From the NCBI GenBank assembly GCA_965237405.1, contig OZ250139.1:771820-835819 (forward strand): 64,000 bases of DNA, in the 5' to 3' direction. The stretch comes from Vicinamibacterales bacterium. Lineage in GTDB: Bacteria > Acidobacteriota > Vicinamibacteria > Vicinamibacterales > UBA8438. The notes beneath the pieces are model-generated. The model saw nothing but the letters and a program-made list of their open reading frames with translations, made no database searches and was not told where the DNA came from. This document shows, in pieces, positions 63,388 to 64,000 of this stretch (its first letter is position 1; every line of letters starts with the position of its first letter). A program made the translations under genes and the position numbers.

Positions 63388-64000
63388 ATGAAGATCACGG
63401 TTGTGGGCACCGGGTATGTCGGGTTGGTCGTTGGTGCCTGTTTCGCGGAGAACGGCAACGACGTGGTTTGCGTGGACAACGACGCAGCCAAGGTGCGTGT
63501 GCTCAAGCGCGGCCTAATCCCAATCTACGAACCGGGCCTCGAAGAACTCGTTTCCAGAAATCAGCGTGAAAAGCGGCTTAGGTTCACGACGGCACTGGCG
63601 CGATCCGTTCGCGCGTCCGAGGTGATTTTCATCGCAGTCGGGACGCCGGAAGGCGAGGATGGCTCTCCGGACCTTACGCATGTTCTTAGCGTGGCCCGTG
63701 ATCTCGCGAAGGCGATGAATGGCTATAAGGTAATTGTGGTGAAGAGCACCGTTCCAGTCGGCACGTCGGCGAAGCTCCGTGATGTTATCCGTCGTGAAAC
63801 GGCTCACCCGTTCAGTGTGGTCAGTAACCCCGAGTTCCTTAAAGAGGGCGCGGCCATCGATGACTTCATGCGCCCTGACCGCGTTATCGTTGGCGTCGAA
63901 GACCCCCGTGCCCAGCAGTTGATGCGTGGGTTGTATACGCCGTTTACCCGTACGGGTGCGCCGATCATGATGATGGATTGCGCGAGCGCCGAATTGGCCA
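63388..64000 (+). CDS. ugd: UDP-glucose 6-dehydrogenase, N-terminal 204 codons; gene runs off window end
   Basis: Not in the ORF track (no stop). My translation from ATG 63388: MKITVVGTGYVGLVVGACFAENGNDVVCVDND...IFIAVGTPEGEDGSPDL...VVKSTVPVGT...VSNPEFLKEGAAIDDF. Confidence 0.88.
   Translation, partial: MKITVVGTGYVGLVVGACFAENGNDVVCVDNDAAKVRVLKRGLIPIYEPGLEELVSRNQREKRLRFTTALARSVRASEVIFIAVGTPEGEDGSPDLTHVLSVARDLAKAMNGYKVIVVKSTVPVGTSAKLRDVIRRETAHPFSVVSNPEFLKEGAAIDDFMRPDRVIVGVEDPRAQQLMRGLYTPFTRTGAPIMMMDCASAELA

Noticed and set aside
1-64000. CRISPR arrays, IS elements or transposases, integrons, toxin-antitoxin pairs and known defence-system signatures.
   Set aside because: No spaced direct repeats, no DDE, serine or tyrosine recombinase motifs, and no characteristic ATPase/nuclease defence pairs were seen in any frame I read.

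Overview
A ~60% GC bacterial chromosomal window. My best guess for the source is Acidobacteriota, based on three loci of the VWFA-related 'acidobacterial-type' family and an Acidobacteria-style pilin-like gene; this is inference only. I call about 55 protein genes, one tRNA-Lys(UUU) and at least 6 decayed gene remnants. I saw no rRNA, CRISPR, transposase or integrase.

Layout:
- 1-7 kb: housekeeping genes and orphans (Fe-S fumarase fragment, DUF1080 lipoprotein, pyk, SGNH hydrolase, tRNA-Lys).
- 7.1-21 kb: a block encoding only exported proteins (NHL propeller, two PQQ dehydrogenases, DUF3604, PhoD, a VWA-like protein and three copies of an unnamed family).
- 21-23.1 kb: a decayed stretch (SGNH fragment, an unexplained 440 nt, a frameshifted PQQ sugar dehydrogenase).
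- 23.2-27.2 kb: Kv-type K+ channel, CYTH protein, racemase-like protein, HIBADH-like protein.
- 27.4-32 kb: a second copy of the unnamed-family/PQQ-dehydrogenase module, with a divergent Rieske + YVTN-propeller pair.
- 32-37.5 kb: membrane and DUF proteins, hemY, hemE.
- 37.5-39 kb: a nuclease-fold protein with a tandemly duplicated histone-like tail, plus a coupled orphan.
- 39-55 kb: housekeeping genes (VWFA, PBP5-like, trxB, mnmA, cysteine desulfurase, bactofilin, ACAD, tsaC, hflX, pgsA), with methylase and glgA remnants.
- 55.3-64 kb: an exopolysaccharide locus (UXS, priming transferase, five glycosyltransferases, ugd).

Main hunt result: a four-copy family of exported ~310-330 aa proteins that I cannot name. 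Its motifs run from WGxPDLxG to YEYACHEGNYSM. Three of the four copies are physically paired with PQQ beta-propeller dehydrogenases. One pairing is a duplicated convergent two-gene module, and one is translationally coupled to a lipoprotein quinohemoprotein and a DUF3604 protein.

All family assignments come from motifs read by eye. No searches were run, and identity levels are visual estimates.
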